Assembly: GCA_011109175.1 (NCBI GenBank)
Contig: RDEW01000007.1
Location: forward strand, 309,712-373,711
Length of the DNA stretch: 64,000 bases
Direction of reading: 5' to 3'
Origin: Dicyema japonicum
Taxonomy: Eukaryota > Animalia > Dicyemida
Part shown: positions 25,301 through 37,169 of the stretch, piece by piece
Layout of the letters: every line of letters starts with the position of its first letter
How positions within the stretch are numbered: position 1 is the stretch's first letter
The notes under the pieces: model-generated
What the model was told of the DNA's origin: nothing
What the model saw: the letters and a program-made list of their open reading frames with translations, nothing else
Databases searched by the model: none
Program-made: the position numbers and the translations under genes

Positions 25301-26364
25301 AGCGCCAAAAAACTGAAATTACTAAACAGCCTTTACTAATTTTGTATTTATTTGCAATATCTCGTTCAGTAAGATGTTCATTTTCACTTATTTTCTTAAA
25401 TTTTAATCCTTGACTCAAGACTAAGCTTACGAGTCATAACCACAAGAATGCAAAAATTACACGAGGGTTCTAATTAATTTTAATATTAATAGCAAATGTA
25501 TATAAATTAAAAATCCAATGCCCCACTTAGAGGTTCCAATAATTTCCAAATTTGGAAAATACCGCATAAAAATTATGCCATTTTCAAACTACCCCAAAAT
25601 AGAGGTTTCCCAAGCCATAGGTCTGCCCAAATGGAAGTCATACTGTATAAGTTTACGGTGGTAAAACGAGCTATGTCCATTGAATTGGTGATTAGGAAAT
25701 TGCGTTGGTCAAGAGACTTTTTGGGTGGTCTATTGATGTTCAACTGGACGATCATTAACTCCAGGTGGGTTGGGTTCAATGTCGCACACTTGATCAAAGA
25801 AGTCAAGAAAGGATATTCCAGTCCTCGTCTGTAGCCTCTACCAAGTGAACGGAAGAGATGGAGCCTGTTGGGTGCAATGATAGGCAGTTTTATCCACAAG
25901 GAGGTGAAAATAAGGTTTGCACAAGGAATTAGTTACCCCGTGGTTAAGGTTGAGTTTTTAACCTCTTCTCAAACTATAATTATGCACACTAAATGTATTC
26001 ATCTACTCAAAACGGTCTTAACTTCTCATCCCCATTATAATTGGACTCGCTTTTAGAAATAAGGAAGCACTAGATGCACCAATGTTGGGGTCCGAATTCT
26101 GCACGGCCCAAATTGAAGGATCTCATACTAGACTACCTAGAAGAGGAAGAAGTAAATTGATAGTTAATTCTCGAATGTTCTATTAATAACGCAACAAGAA
26201 AGGAGATTCTGACTCAATAGTTCATCCAGAAACTTGCCCCACGATATTGGGGGAGGGAACTTTTTCTTTTATCTCCCACACTAGTTAAAAGTCTAATAAC
26301 TGCCACGAATCATTAAAAATAGACCAAAGTGTTATATTAGAATCACAAAAAATCAAAGAAAATC

Positions 26365-27159
26365 CTAACTATTCAGCACATTTTGCTGATACAATTCATC
26401 GACGTCCTGAAAACAGATTTGAGTATATCCATCCTTAGTAACAGAGTACACTACAGTAAGCTACTCCCACAACCATTAACGTGTCCTCCACTCATCGTAT
26501 CAAAGTAGGCTGCGTGGGAGGATTGCCTCCTTTCCCAGTTTGACCGCTTCCTCAAAGCTCATATCGGGTCCTTGTACTTGGAGTCCATCACAGCGTACGC
26601 ATACGGGGACCCTGATCCGTAGCCACCCACGTCGACTCCAAACGGACACCAGTGTTCTCCACCATATAAATATGGAACCCTTTCTCGTCACAACCAACAA
26701 CCGTGGAACCTGAAATAAATCTCTCCCAAACCATACTAAGTCCATATCCCTTGTAGTTGTAGAGCGAATTAGCAAGGATCATGGAAAGGGCGGCCACCGA
26801 GATCTGTTTCTTGTGTTTGAGTTCGTAAGATCTAAGCCTTAGGAGAATAAGGACTGAGCATGGGCGGTCATCATTTTCAGCCAAAATTGACAGTCGGCTG
26901 CTCCTCCAGCCATCGTGGCGATTATGTTTTTTGTAACTGGGATAATTTTTTTCACTGTTTGAAGATCCAATGACTGCTCCGGCAGTAGCACGTGAGTCTG
27001 TAACACCATGACGCCGTCTCTGTATTTGAAAGCCATGGTTGTAGTGCCGTGGAGAATTTTTGATTTGAAGATTTTACTAGTCTGTGGATTTATTCTTTGC
27101 TTTTCTATTCCTTTGAAATATAGTGACGGCATTTCCTGCATATCGTCAAAGACATTCAT
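26365..27159 (-). CDS. PSMB5: Proteasome subunit beta type-5; introns 26832-26854, 26710-26731, 26451-26473
   Basis: Propeptide/LHG-TTT cleavage site, DSRATAG, TMAGGAADC, ISVAA, GSGSPYAY and SGGHVN. A few single-base indels must be corrected. Confidence 0.92.
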
Positions 27160-27619
27160 CTCTAATTTTAAATAATCACCACAGGAACCGATATCGCCCC
27201 CCTTATTATTTAAATATTTAATTTAATTAAAATTACATTTAATGCTATTTAAAATAATATTTTAATTTCCAAAAAATGAAAATCTATGTCCAACGAGATA
27301 CTGTTAATTAATAGATTAAAACTTTTTTAGCTAATACTAAAAAAATGAAAAATTAAACATATCCAGTGAATCAGAATCTCTACCTGCTCCAAATATTAAG
27401 GAAGCTAACAACCTGTTGAAGTATTACGCCTCTACAAGTCACAAAGACTTTTCGGAGACTCACTACTAATTGATACCTAGACCATCTTCATGGCTTGGAC
27501 TTTTTACGCTTGATGAGGTTACTCGCAGTAAGATTGATGAAGAAGTCATATACGTCTGGTCCAGATGGTATTCCTGGAATTCAAAGCATCTTGGAGAGAT
27601 TATTATCATATCGATTACT

Positions 27620-28400
27620 TCAATCTTTACTTTCTCCTCAAACACGGACGCTTCCGTAGTAAATGGAAGAACTCACATAACATACTTGTCTTAAAACCAG
27701 GAAAACCGAAATCCTCACCTTCATCTCACCCCAAAATCCGTAACCTGTGCGCTATAGCGCCTCATGGAAAAACTCGTGCTTTGGAAAATTAAACCTAATT
27801 TGCGCTCTTATTACTACTAACATGGATTCTGATCAAAACTTCCAATTTTTTCGGAAGGTTTTGACTAGCCTAAATGGCATCTACCGACTGTATTAGTCCC
27901 GACTTTAAAACGACTGATAGACAATTTTCTTACCGGACAAAGGGGACGGGTGTGTATAGGCCATTCAAGATCCCGTCTCATCACGAATGGTGTCCCTCAG
28001 GATCGACCTTTCTCCGGCGCTTTTTACGTAAACGACTTACCCTGACCTGGAGGGTCGGAATCATTACTTCTAACATATGCTGGACGATCGAATTATTGCG
28101 AACAGTAAAAATACGTGGATATTGGCTGAAACGACCTGGAGGCTTGGTTGACTTCAAACCGACTTCCAAGAGATCATTAAAACATTTCTAAACTCCAGGA
28201 TCCAACCGTCACACGAATGTGCTACAGTCTTATACTACCTGTTCTTGAAGCCGACGGTGGAGTATGACTCCTGGGCTTACGTAATTTTCAATTTCAAACT
28301 TCTATAGGATAAATTTCCTAAGAACAAAAATGGTCCATAACCAATTTCTCTGCTCAATTATTCCTCCCATTACTCGACAACGCGGCAATCCGGAATAATG
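27620..28400 (+). mobile_element. Jockey/I-group LINE RT remnant
   Basis: VLKPGKPKSSPSS and NGVPQGSTFL..YVNDL motifs; broken frames. Confidence 0.65.
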
Positions 28401-31100
28401 GTTCAGGCATCATCACTTTCTGCGGCTCGGAGTCCGATCGCTTCTACCAATCAGCGGTAAATTGGGAAAAAGCCCACGCCTCTCCAAATTCTCATGAAGA
28501 AGGAACGTCGTGGATTCATAAAGCTGAGGGTACTATGGAGGAGCACAGCGAAAAGCTCCCGATCCTGATGAGGTCTTAATTAGTTGGTTAACTCCTTCTT
28601 TCTAGGTGTTCCCTTTTTTCGGCGTTAGATAATGGTAACTCCCAACGAAATCCTTTTTTAGCCAATACTAAAAGTCTAATCAATTCTTAGAAGAGCTCGT
28701 TGCCCTATGGGATCTTAAGACTGAGGAAAAGACCAACAAAGAGAACTGGGGAGAAACAGGGTTTTTATGCGTAGATAAGAGAGATACAGTCCGACTCGAT
28801 TTGGAACACCATAAAAAACAACAAATTTTATGTGTGGTATTGGCAAAAATGTTCAACTCTACTTCCAAATCCAAATTTCTTTTTCTTGTTTAACTGTAGT
28901 TTCTTCATAAACGAGTAAAACTCAGGGAGTCCGGAGGGATATCTAAAATGGATTCTTCCAAATCATTAATTTTTTGAGGGTTCCTTTTCTGTTTCATTTC
29001 TTCTGATTCACCATTGAATTTCACCGTAGATTGCTTCCTCATGTAATAATTCCTCCAACATTCTGGTACGTTTTCATCGCTTTGATCGTTGAGATTGATC
29101 TTTGTTGTAAAAGTGATTTTTATCTTTTTTTTATTTGAGCTATAGTTCCAATTCGTATTCTTTATCGACTTCTCCGTTCACTCTGGGATCTTTTAATTGC
29201 AGAGGACTTAAACAACCTTACAAAAAACACCAACTGGCATGCGATCTAACAAAATACGACGTCTCTGTCTGCTGTCTATAAGAGACAGAAACGACCGTAC
29301 AATGCACAGAACTGTTTAGAAAATTTCACCCTTTTACTCTCTCATCGGCCTGCTGACATTATGGTTTCGGATTGCAGTCCATCAGGACCTGATTCACTGT
29401 GTTACAAGAGTGTGGGCAGCATCTAACATTATAATGGAAATGGCGGATAACTTAGACTACCTAAGAGAACTAACGCGCAACAGAGGATCATAGTCGGGAC
29501 TGACGGAGAGGATGATTAGGAATACGGCACAAGGGAAAATTAACTAATTTTATGTTTTCTCGGAGTGCTTTTAATAATAATAGTTCCAATGCTCGTTCCG
29601 AACTTTTGTGGTAAGAATCTGTGAGAATAGGTTTTTTGATAAGAGAAGAGCGTTTACAAGTTTTTCTTGGTATTTTAGGCTCATTTTAAGAGCGCTAAAA
29701 ATATATTAAGTCAACCCATTAAATAAGTCATAGTTAATTAATTTGTTCCACGTCGAGGTTTTTATCTGAAAGAGTCTTTTCAATTTCTTCAGCAATTTTA
29801 TCAAGTGTTGAATAATTTAGGATGTTCCAAAAATCAAGGTGAGTTTTTTCCTTGAATCGTGTAAGTAAATCTTTTCGAATTCTTTTTGACATTGCGTAAA
29901 ATACTAAAACCTCTAAAATTTCAGAAACCACACTTTCTAACTCCTTGATCACTACAGAAAGTTAATCTCTTCTCCTGTACTAGTCAGTCTTCAATTGTGC
30001 ATCAGACCAGATACATCGGTTGATCTCTGGAAGCGTCTGTTTTTGGTTGTTACTTTCCTATTAGCCATTGGTTTCTTGCACTTGAAAAAAATGGAAGTAA
30101 ATTATTAAGTCCTACGAATTTCTGAAGAGGTTATCAATATCTCCTGAGTCAGTAACCTCGTCCATGCTCACTGAAGAAGGAACTAAATCGACATTCAATA
30201 AAAAAATGGTCACGACCTCAATTTTCTGACCAATTAGCCATTTTATGGTTTTATTTATTTACCTCCAGTCCTTTTAAGTTAAGAACCGGTGGCTAACAAG
30301 AGAGTAACAACCAAGAGCGGAGCTTCCAAGATCCATCAGGTGCATTTGATACGAAGCATAACTTGAAGGAAGATCCGGATAAGCTGGCTTCAGAAAGCTG
30401 AAAGAAACAGTGAGGAAGGATTGCCTAATTCTGTGAGAAATAAGGACGTAAACCATATGGCGACCGCGCAGAGGCGTCAAAGTGGACAAAAACTTCACGC
30501 GTATAGAAGCTTCCCTTCCGGCAATTTTTGGAATTGGATAATTGGTCTTCTTTGTTTCTGTCTTGGAAAAATATATTATACTAAAACAATCACAAACCCT
30601 CTAATTAACTAGTTTATTAAATTAAATGATCAGAAATTTATTAAATAATTATTAAATTATTTCCATTAAATAAAATACGCGCTATCGACTAATCCTCTCT
30701 CGTTGAATAATAACTTCAGACTCTATTGGGGAAACCCACCATCAATACACGTGATTTAAAATTTCTAAAATAGACTGTAGTCGATACTTTAAATTAGATT
30801 ATAGTTAATTTTATCACTCAATACTTCAAAGTAAAGGTACCACAATTTTCATAATTATCTAGGTTCATTTACCAACAGCCACTCTCTTTCGCGTAGAGAT
30901 ATCCAAGTCAGTTTTACCAACACATTTAATGGTCCCAGCTTTCTATGTGCAACACAACTATGAATAATGTGAACACTCCGTAGAACGTCAATTCGGATTT
31001 CACCAAAGAACGTTAATGGGTGTTAAATTTATAAACATTGATGTTATCACGCACGGTTTACTATAAAGCTCATTGACTCGTCTTAGATCGTCTCAATTAC

Positions 31101-31620
31101 ATGAAAGGATTGGAAAGTCAATATTACTCCTATCGAAGTAAGTATTTTAATTCAAGTTACCATAATCACCCAAATTGTGGACAACCATATCCCTCAAGGT
31201 ATTTCAGTTCCCCCTCAGTTCCACCCCCTAAGTATTATATCCCTGAAAGGACTACATACTCAAGGTTTCTAAGAGAAAAAGTTTTATAATATAAAAATTT
31301 AGTTTTCCGAAATTAGAGAACCCTACAAAAAGCTGTCTGAATTTGCCCTAGCCGTGATAAGAGGGGACATCATCTACACGAGGAGACCACAATTCACAGG
31401 TGTTAATTCTGTAGATAACAAGCAACTATCTTCTGAGAGAAGAAAGCGAATCACCCTCAGTATATCAGAGAAAGAGTCTTTGAATGCTATTTATATGAGA
31501 AACAAATACCCCAGTATTATTGAAAGGACAAGGATCGCGAGAAGTCTAGGAATATCTCAGAAAAACGTGGCCTTTTACTTTCAAAACGTCAGGGCAAAGC
31601 AAAGTAAATCAATGAATTAA
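31101..31620 (+). CDS. Divergent homeodomain protein (about 165 aa), one 22-nt intron at 31281-31302
   Basis: Splicing GTTTTATAATATAAAAATTTAG joins ORF 31101 to ORF 31354 in frame. Homeodomain: RRKRITL...L...Y.RNKYP...ER..IA..LG.S...VAFYFQNVRAK. Confidence 0.8.
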
Positions 31621-32329
31621 CTACATTGACATTTTTCTATTTTTTTATTTCATTAATTTAAAGGAATCCAAGAAAATGTTAGAAACTAAGTGATCTCTAA
31701 ACATGATAGGCCTTGTCCTGGTTTACCTTTGATTTTCGCCCCAAACCCGATGTAGCTTGGGGATCTCTGGGAGCATTCGCTTTTGGTAGTTACTTTCATG
31801 TTAGCTATTGGTTCCCTTCACTGGAAAGAACGGGCCGAGTAAGTAAAATGATCTCTATTTAAAGATTCTCCGTCACCAGTCTTGATAGGGGTCAAAAAAA
31901 CCGATGAAAATGGTAGGCCGACGGGGGACCCGGGGAGTTCTAGCAAGCCGTTATAAGCGGCTAAACATCTGTCCACATTTATTAGGCAATAAAGGTAAGT
32001 TAATTTTAATCTTTTTTACCGCTTTGTTGCAGCGATTTCGGACGCCTTTTCCTTCTTCCCCTTGCTATGTCCTGTCATTAACGAGGATCTTTTTAATTAC
32101 ATCCTCTGGATCTTTGAAATCTAATATCTTCTTTCCGGTAATGGCGCTTTATAAGACATCCCCAAAAATACCGAATTGCACGCCGTTGGACATTCCTCAG
32201 ATTAACAAGGCACTTTTCTCGTTCCCCACTGTGATACCAGGAGTGCGCACCATAGGTGAGCATAGGACACCATTCCGTGGCGCACTTTGGATTCGGTAAT
32301 AATAATCTCCGGGGTTCCTTCAGGATTCA

Positions 32330-34420
32330 AAAACTTTTCATAGTCCTTCGCCACTAGCAGCGGTGGAGGCTTGGAAGGTTACGTCCTGGCCATATTAAGG
32401 ACCTTACGTCCACTTACACCTCGGACCTGGACGTTGTCTTGCTTCGAATTACGGACCTAATCAGAAAAATGGTTAACGGCGACATCCCAGAATATGCCAG
32501 AGAATTGTTTTTCTCTGCAAGGCTACTTGCTTTCCAAAAACCCAATGGAGGAATCCACCCCATTGCGGTCGGGAACTATTTTAGAAGACTTGCAGCAAAG
32601 TAGCATCGACCTGGTGAGCCGACAAATTGGAGAGGAGTTTTTCCTAAACAAATGGGTGTTAGTATCATGAACGGATGTGAGGCTACGGTTCATGCAGCAA
32701 GGCGTTTCTTCACACAGAAAAATATTTCAAATGAATGCATTGGAATCAAGTTGGACATAACGAATGCCTTCAATTCTCTCAGAAGAAATGAAATTATGGG
32801 AACATGTTAGAAAGGGCTCCAAAGTTTTCCCTCTTGTCAATTATCTATGGGGATACGTCTTGGTTTTTGAAAATGAAATTATTAAATCAAAAACGGGGTC
32901 CAACAAGGAGATCCGCACGGACCTCTCTAATTTGCCCTGACCATTGATGATGTTGTGAGAACTATGGTACCTCGATGATGCCACAATTGGAGGATCGTTC
33001 AAGGAAACATACAATTCATTACGTAAAGCGTTACCCGCTTGCCTTAGACATCAATGTTAACAAATCAGAGCTAATAATTGTCTCATATCCATACATCGAC
33101 TTCCTCTTATCAAGGAGTTTTTAACGAACTGCTTGCTGGGATCCCGACTGTGCCAGTTGATAAATTATATTTCCTTGGATGCCCACTGAGCGAAGAAAAA
33201 CTTAAGAACCATCTACATTCCAAAAATGAAGAATTAACACGCCTCGCGAAAAGATTGTTATGTCTCGACTCTCACACATCCTTCTTCCTGATGAGAAACA
33301 ACATCGGACTACCCATGCTTTTATATCTACTCCGATGTTCACCCTGCTACGAACAATACGACAGTCTACTTTCGATAGACAAATCTCTCAAAAACTGTTG
33401 ATTCACTAATCAACGTCCGCTTCAACGAACTTGGTTGGAAGCAAAATAAACTTTCCTTTGGATTTGGGGGTTTCGGTCTAAGATCGGCGCTGGAGGTTGC
33501 ATACCCGGCATATCTATCGTCTCTCTCAAGCTGCAGCCATTTGACACGGCAAGTCCTTCATAGCACTATTGGACATCGCTGGAATGAGTCATTTGACGAA
33601 GCTTGTCGGAAATGGAACGGTTCCGGACTCAAAATCCTCGAAGACACAACAAAGCAAAGTAATTGGGATAACATTGTCTGCTCCAAAAATTTGAAAGACC
33701 TAAAAAAAGCAAATCAAAATCGTCTGGCTTGTTTGGTGTCAGCTTCAAGTAGAGAGAGTGGAGCAGGGCTTGGTGCAATACCTTACCCAAACCTTGCGAC
33801 CTTTTTACGACGATTCTTTGAGAATTAGAATCGGACAAAGGCTGGGACTAGACGATTGCCAGGAGCACCGATGCCGAGGCGGGAAAACTTTCGATGCGAA
33901 GGGATTGTACCCGCTGTCCTGCAGAAAAAGCGCCGGAAGAGGATCACGTCATGCTGCTCTGAACGATGTGATCGTCAGAGCTCTGAAGGCTACAGGCTTC
34001 CCAGCACAGCTAGAACAAGTGGGTATTGATCGAGGAGATGGAAAGAGACCTGACGGGATGACTCTTTTCCCCTTCACGTCTGGAAGATCTTTGGTCTGGG
34101 ACACAACCTGTGTAGACACGTTCTCAAGCACGAATATATACAAATCGGTTCAGACACCTGAAGCAGCTGCTTCGAATGCGGAGAACCTAAAAATCAAGAA
34201 ATATTCTTGCCTCGAAGATCGCTGTCGATTTACTCCCGTTGCGACCGATCATCAGGAGCCGTTGGTCCAATGACGGCTGAATTCTTGCGAGAACTCGGAG
34301 GAATGCTTTCCAAAATAAAAAGGGATCAACGAGAAGGGTTATGGCTTAGACAAAAGATTGGAATGGCTATACTCTGAGGGAACTCGTCGCAATCCACGCA
34401 GCAGGCTTCCTCAACTGACA
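32330..34420 (+). mobile_element. Decayed, nearly complete CRE-type non-LTR retrotransposon (RT + RLE)
   Basis: Motifs GGIHPIAVG..FRRLAAK, GCEATVHAAR, LDITNAFNS, VQQGDP, WYLDDATIGG, RHAALNDVI, DGKRPDG and LVWDTTC. Confidence 0.85.
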
Positions 34421-34533
34421 TTTGTTTAATTGTTAAAAAAATAAAATAAATATTTAAAAAAAAATTATTAACAGAAAAATATTTTTTATTGGCGAACCAA
34501 ATTTCACTTAAATTATAATAAAATTTAAATCAA

Positions 34534-35330
34534 ATGTATGTCGCAATTTTGTGGATTTTATTTTTTGTTGTCGATTCAATAATAATTCCACATAATAATT
34601 GTGGTAATTAAAAATTTTTCAATATTAGGAAATAAAAATAACACAATTTCTATTAGTGCCTCGAGAGATTCAGTGAAAAATTCAAACCGTATATTATTTT
34701 CGAATATACGTGTCATGTACAAAGCTGGTACTTTATTATGTATATTAGATCTAACTTCAATGGGTATAGAGAAATAATGAGTGTTATTCCTCCCTTGAAG
34801 GAATAACTATACTGAAAAGCGAATTCGTGTCTAGGAAACAACTAAAATCTGGAGAAAATCAGATTATTTATGTTCGAGATAAATTTTCACTATTTTCAAA
34901 CGAGGTAATTATGTTTTTAGATTTTAGAGTGAAATTTTCTCATTTAAAATTGAATCAAAGTCTCAAGAGATGATAGTTATGTGCGTCATTTTCCATCTTC
35001 GTCTGGGATGAATAATCAGTTGGCATAATTTATTTTTGGTTTAATGGGAATTGGTTACAAAATTAACTAGTTTTCATAAGGCATTATAAATATTACTCAC
35101 ATACTTCGCATTTAAAATGATTTATCGCATCTTCACTGTTTTGGACGCTAATCGTTTGCCAGTATTACACTACCTACATGGATCTCAGGCTGACTTGATA
35201 AAATTCTTTGCTAAAGAAAATAGGACAAACCTAAACTTCGTGCCAGTACCATTCGGGCAATCAAATAGAAATTAGATTAATATCTGCACACATGGGCACT
35301 ACAAGTGAGCTGCATGGCTCAGGGTTCAAA
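34534..35330 (+). pseudogene. Orphan secreted protein paralog A (possibly disrupted)
   Basis: Starts MYVAILWILFFVVDS (signal-peptide-like) with a 25-nt intron at the same position as in paralog B (40877). Downstream frames contain stops or indels. Confidence 0.5.
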
Positions 35331-35984
35331 ACACTTTTGGACAACAACTCAATGCGAATATAAATCTGTATCTGGCTTGTACTCAACCTTTGTATGAGCC
35401 ACCGTGGAGGAATATGGTTGATATTAAAGTGTTAACGCATTCTCTTGTCTACAAAGCGTTCTAAACAGCACGAGGCACAATGCGATAAGGAAGTAACTAT
35501 GGTAGGATTACAAACCTCTGGATGACCACGAACAACATGCCCGACATGACAACTTTCTTCCATTTGAAGGTAAGAAATACCTGGGTTGAGACACCACTTT
35601 TGTCAGCTTTTCCATTTCATCTTCATTCGTACAACTTACATCTATCGACGAAATATCTACATCAGTTCATGATGGGTGAAAGCATTTGTCTTCCTTCTTT
35701 CTGTAAACATGGGCGAGGTAGCGGAAGAAGTCAGATAACAAAGTTTTAAACAAAAAAATTGTCGAAGGCATGTAGTATTCGGGTTCGAATCTCGTCCGGT
35801 TCATAATTGAAGATAGAATCTATCAGAAACTAAACATATAGAATAATAATTAATATGATTCGATAATATAGAATGTGTGCAAAAATTATTAAATACCAGA
35901 ATTGCAAAAAATCAAACACATTTGTTTCAACTAAATCGAGATAATCAGTATCCAAATTCGAAATAAGAACGAATGCAGACGTGT

Positions 35985-36740
35985 GTCAGGTTGAAGTTGT
36001 CTAATTTGACAAAATGAAGCCTCTGCACTCATTCGAGGCGGTTGTGGTAAACATTTTGATGATTCGTCGGTCAATGTTAGAGTTACTTACAATTTGTACT
36101 GTTTTCTGCAAATTATGATTCAATCTTTCGACTTCTATTCTCGAAAATATTCTCCTCAGTCCACTTTGATATGCACTGCCTTTTATTAGTATTATTAACC
36201 CCAAGCCTACCATTGTAAGCCAAGCACAAACAGTCACTAACTAATTCAAGGAATGCACCAATAAAAGAACATCTGCGTGTGCCGACCAAATCCATCTTCT
36301 TATATTTCATTACACGCTTCCGCTTTCAAAGAGAGGTGGAGAAGTAGGTCCGCCCTCTTCCATTTTTGTCCCACGTCCATCGTCGCGGACATCACTTCAT
36401 TCTTCAGCGGAATAGTTTTCATAATGCAATCTTCACTAAAGGATTTGGTCAGGGAGAAAGCTAGGAATACCCCTTTCAACTACTGTGTTATGCCAGAGGG
36501 ACTCGTCGCCTCACGGGTGGGATCTGTTTGAAAAATATTGACCTTCGCTGAAAACTACATCTTTCGGATTCGAACCCACGACCTTCAGATCCGATGTCAT
36601 CAGTCAGAAGGCCCTGCCTTTCATATACTCTGAAAATTTGATTTTCTTAATAAGTCCGACGACAACCTCATTTTTGTCCCTTATTTAAGAAGCGCCCAAC
36701 ACAGGGTGCAGTCTAACATTAGTACTGCAGGATATTCCCG
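35985..36740 (-). pseudogene. Partial, internally deleted duplicate of the BCR/ABR-like gene
   Basis: 35985-36117 aligns with about 43075-43207; 36117-36180 and 36620-36740 align with about 43835-44020. A 21-nt intron is retained and a SINE is inserted. Confidence 0.8.
36184..36613 (-). mobile_element. tRNA-derived SINE family 2 (430 bp) with 8-bp TSD
   Basis: Minus-strand head GGTCGTGGGTTCGAATCC (T-loop/B-box) and a TAATAATACTAATAA tail. TSD CTGCCTTT at 36176-36183 and 36614-36621; the empty site is visible at about 43890. Confidence 0.8.
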
Positions 36741-36759
36741 GTCTGTGGGAAAACCAGAT

Positions 36760-37130
36760 CGTATAAAGTTGGTCGAGACTGATAAATGGGTCGAAGTAGA
36801 CCTCTTCTTTAGAACCACGTTGAAATGATAAATCCGAGAGAAAATCTTTGATTTTTGACAGAACCAGCATTTCCAGGATTATCGACACCGCACACAATAG
36901 CGCTATATGAAGTCGGGTCCTTCTCCGTTTTTCCAGTTTTCAAAATTGGACGGAGGTGTGCAAGCTTCCATAAGACTAGAATAGAATATCTTCGTCAATA
37001 CAGCGATTTCATAATCACCGAGATTTTTTATGAGGATCATCAGAATTTTGTCCGGTCCGTTAGAATACGTTTTTATGACTTCCAATATATTTCTCACGTC
37101 GTTTCAGGGATGTAAATCATATTAGGCTCC
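36760..37130 (-). mobile_element. CR1-type RT remnant
   Basis: NGPDKILMILIKNL..IAVLTKIFYSSL and CAVSIILEMLV, matching GPD..LK..IF..SL and YRPIS..K.LE. Confidence 0.6.
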
Positions 37131-37169
37131 CTTTTCGGTTTACTGATATATAGAGAGGGTACATACAAC

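Noticed and set aside
25820-25860. HDV-like ribozyme (CAG-TCCTCGT-CTG matches P3/L3)
   Set aside because: No GG for P1.1 and no matching P1 5' strand. A similar candidate at about 31925-31945 on the minus strand also lacks P1.
25570-26200. Possible host gene (CAP-like?) or retroelement remnant on the minus strand
   Set aside because: No convincing motif series in any frame.
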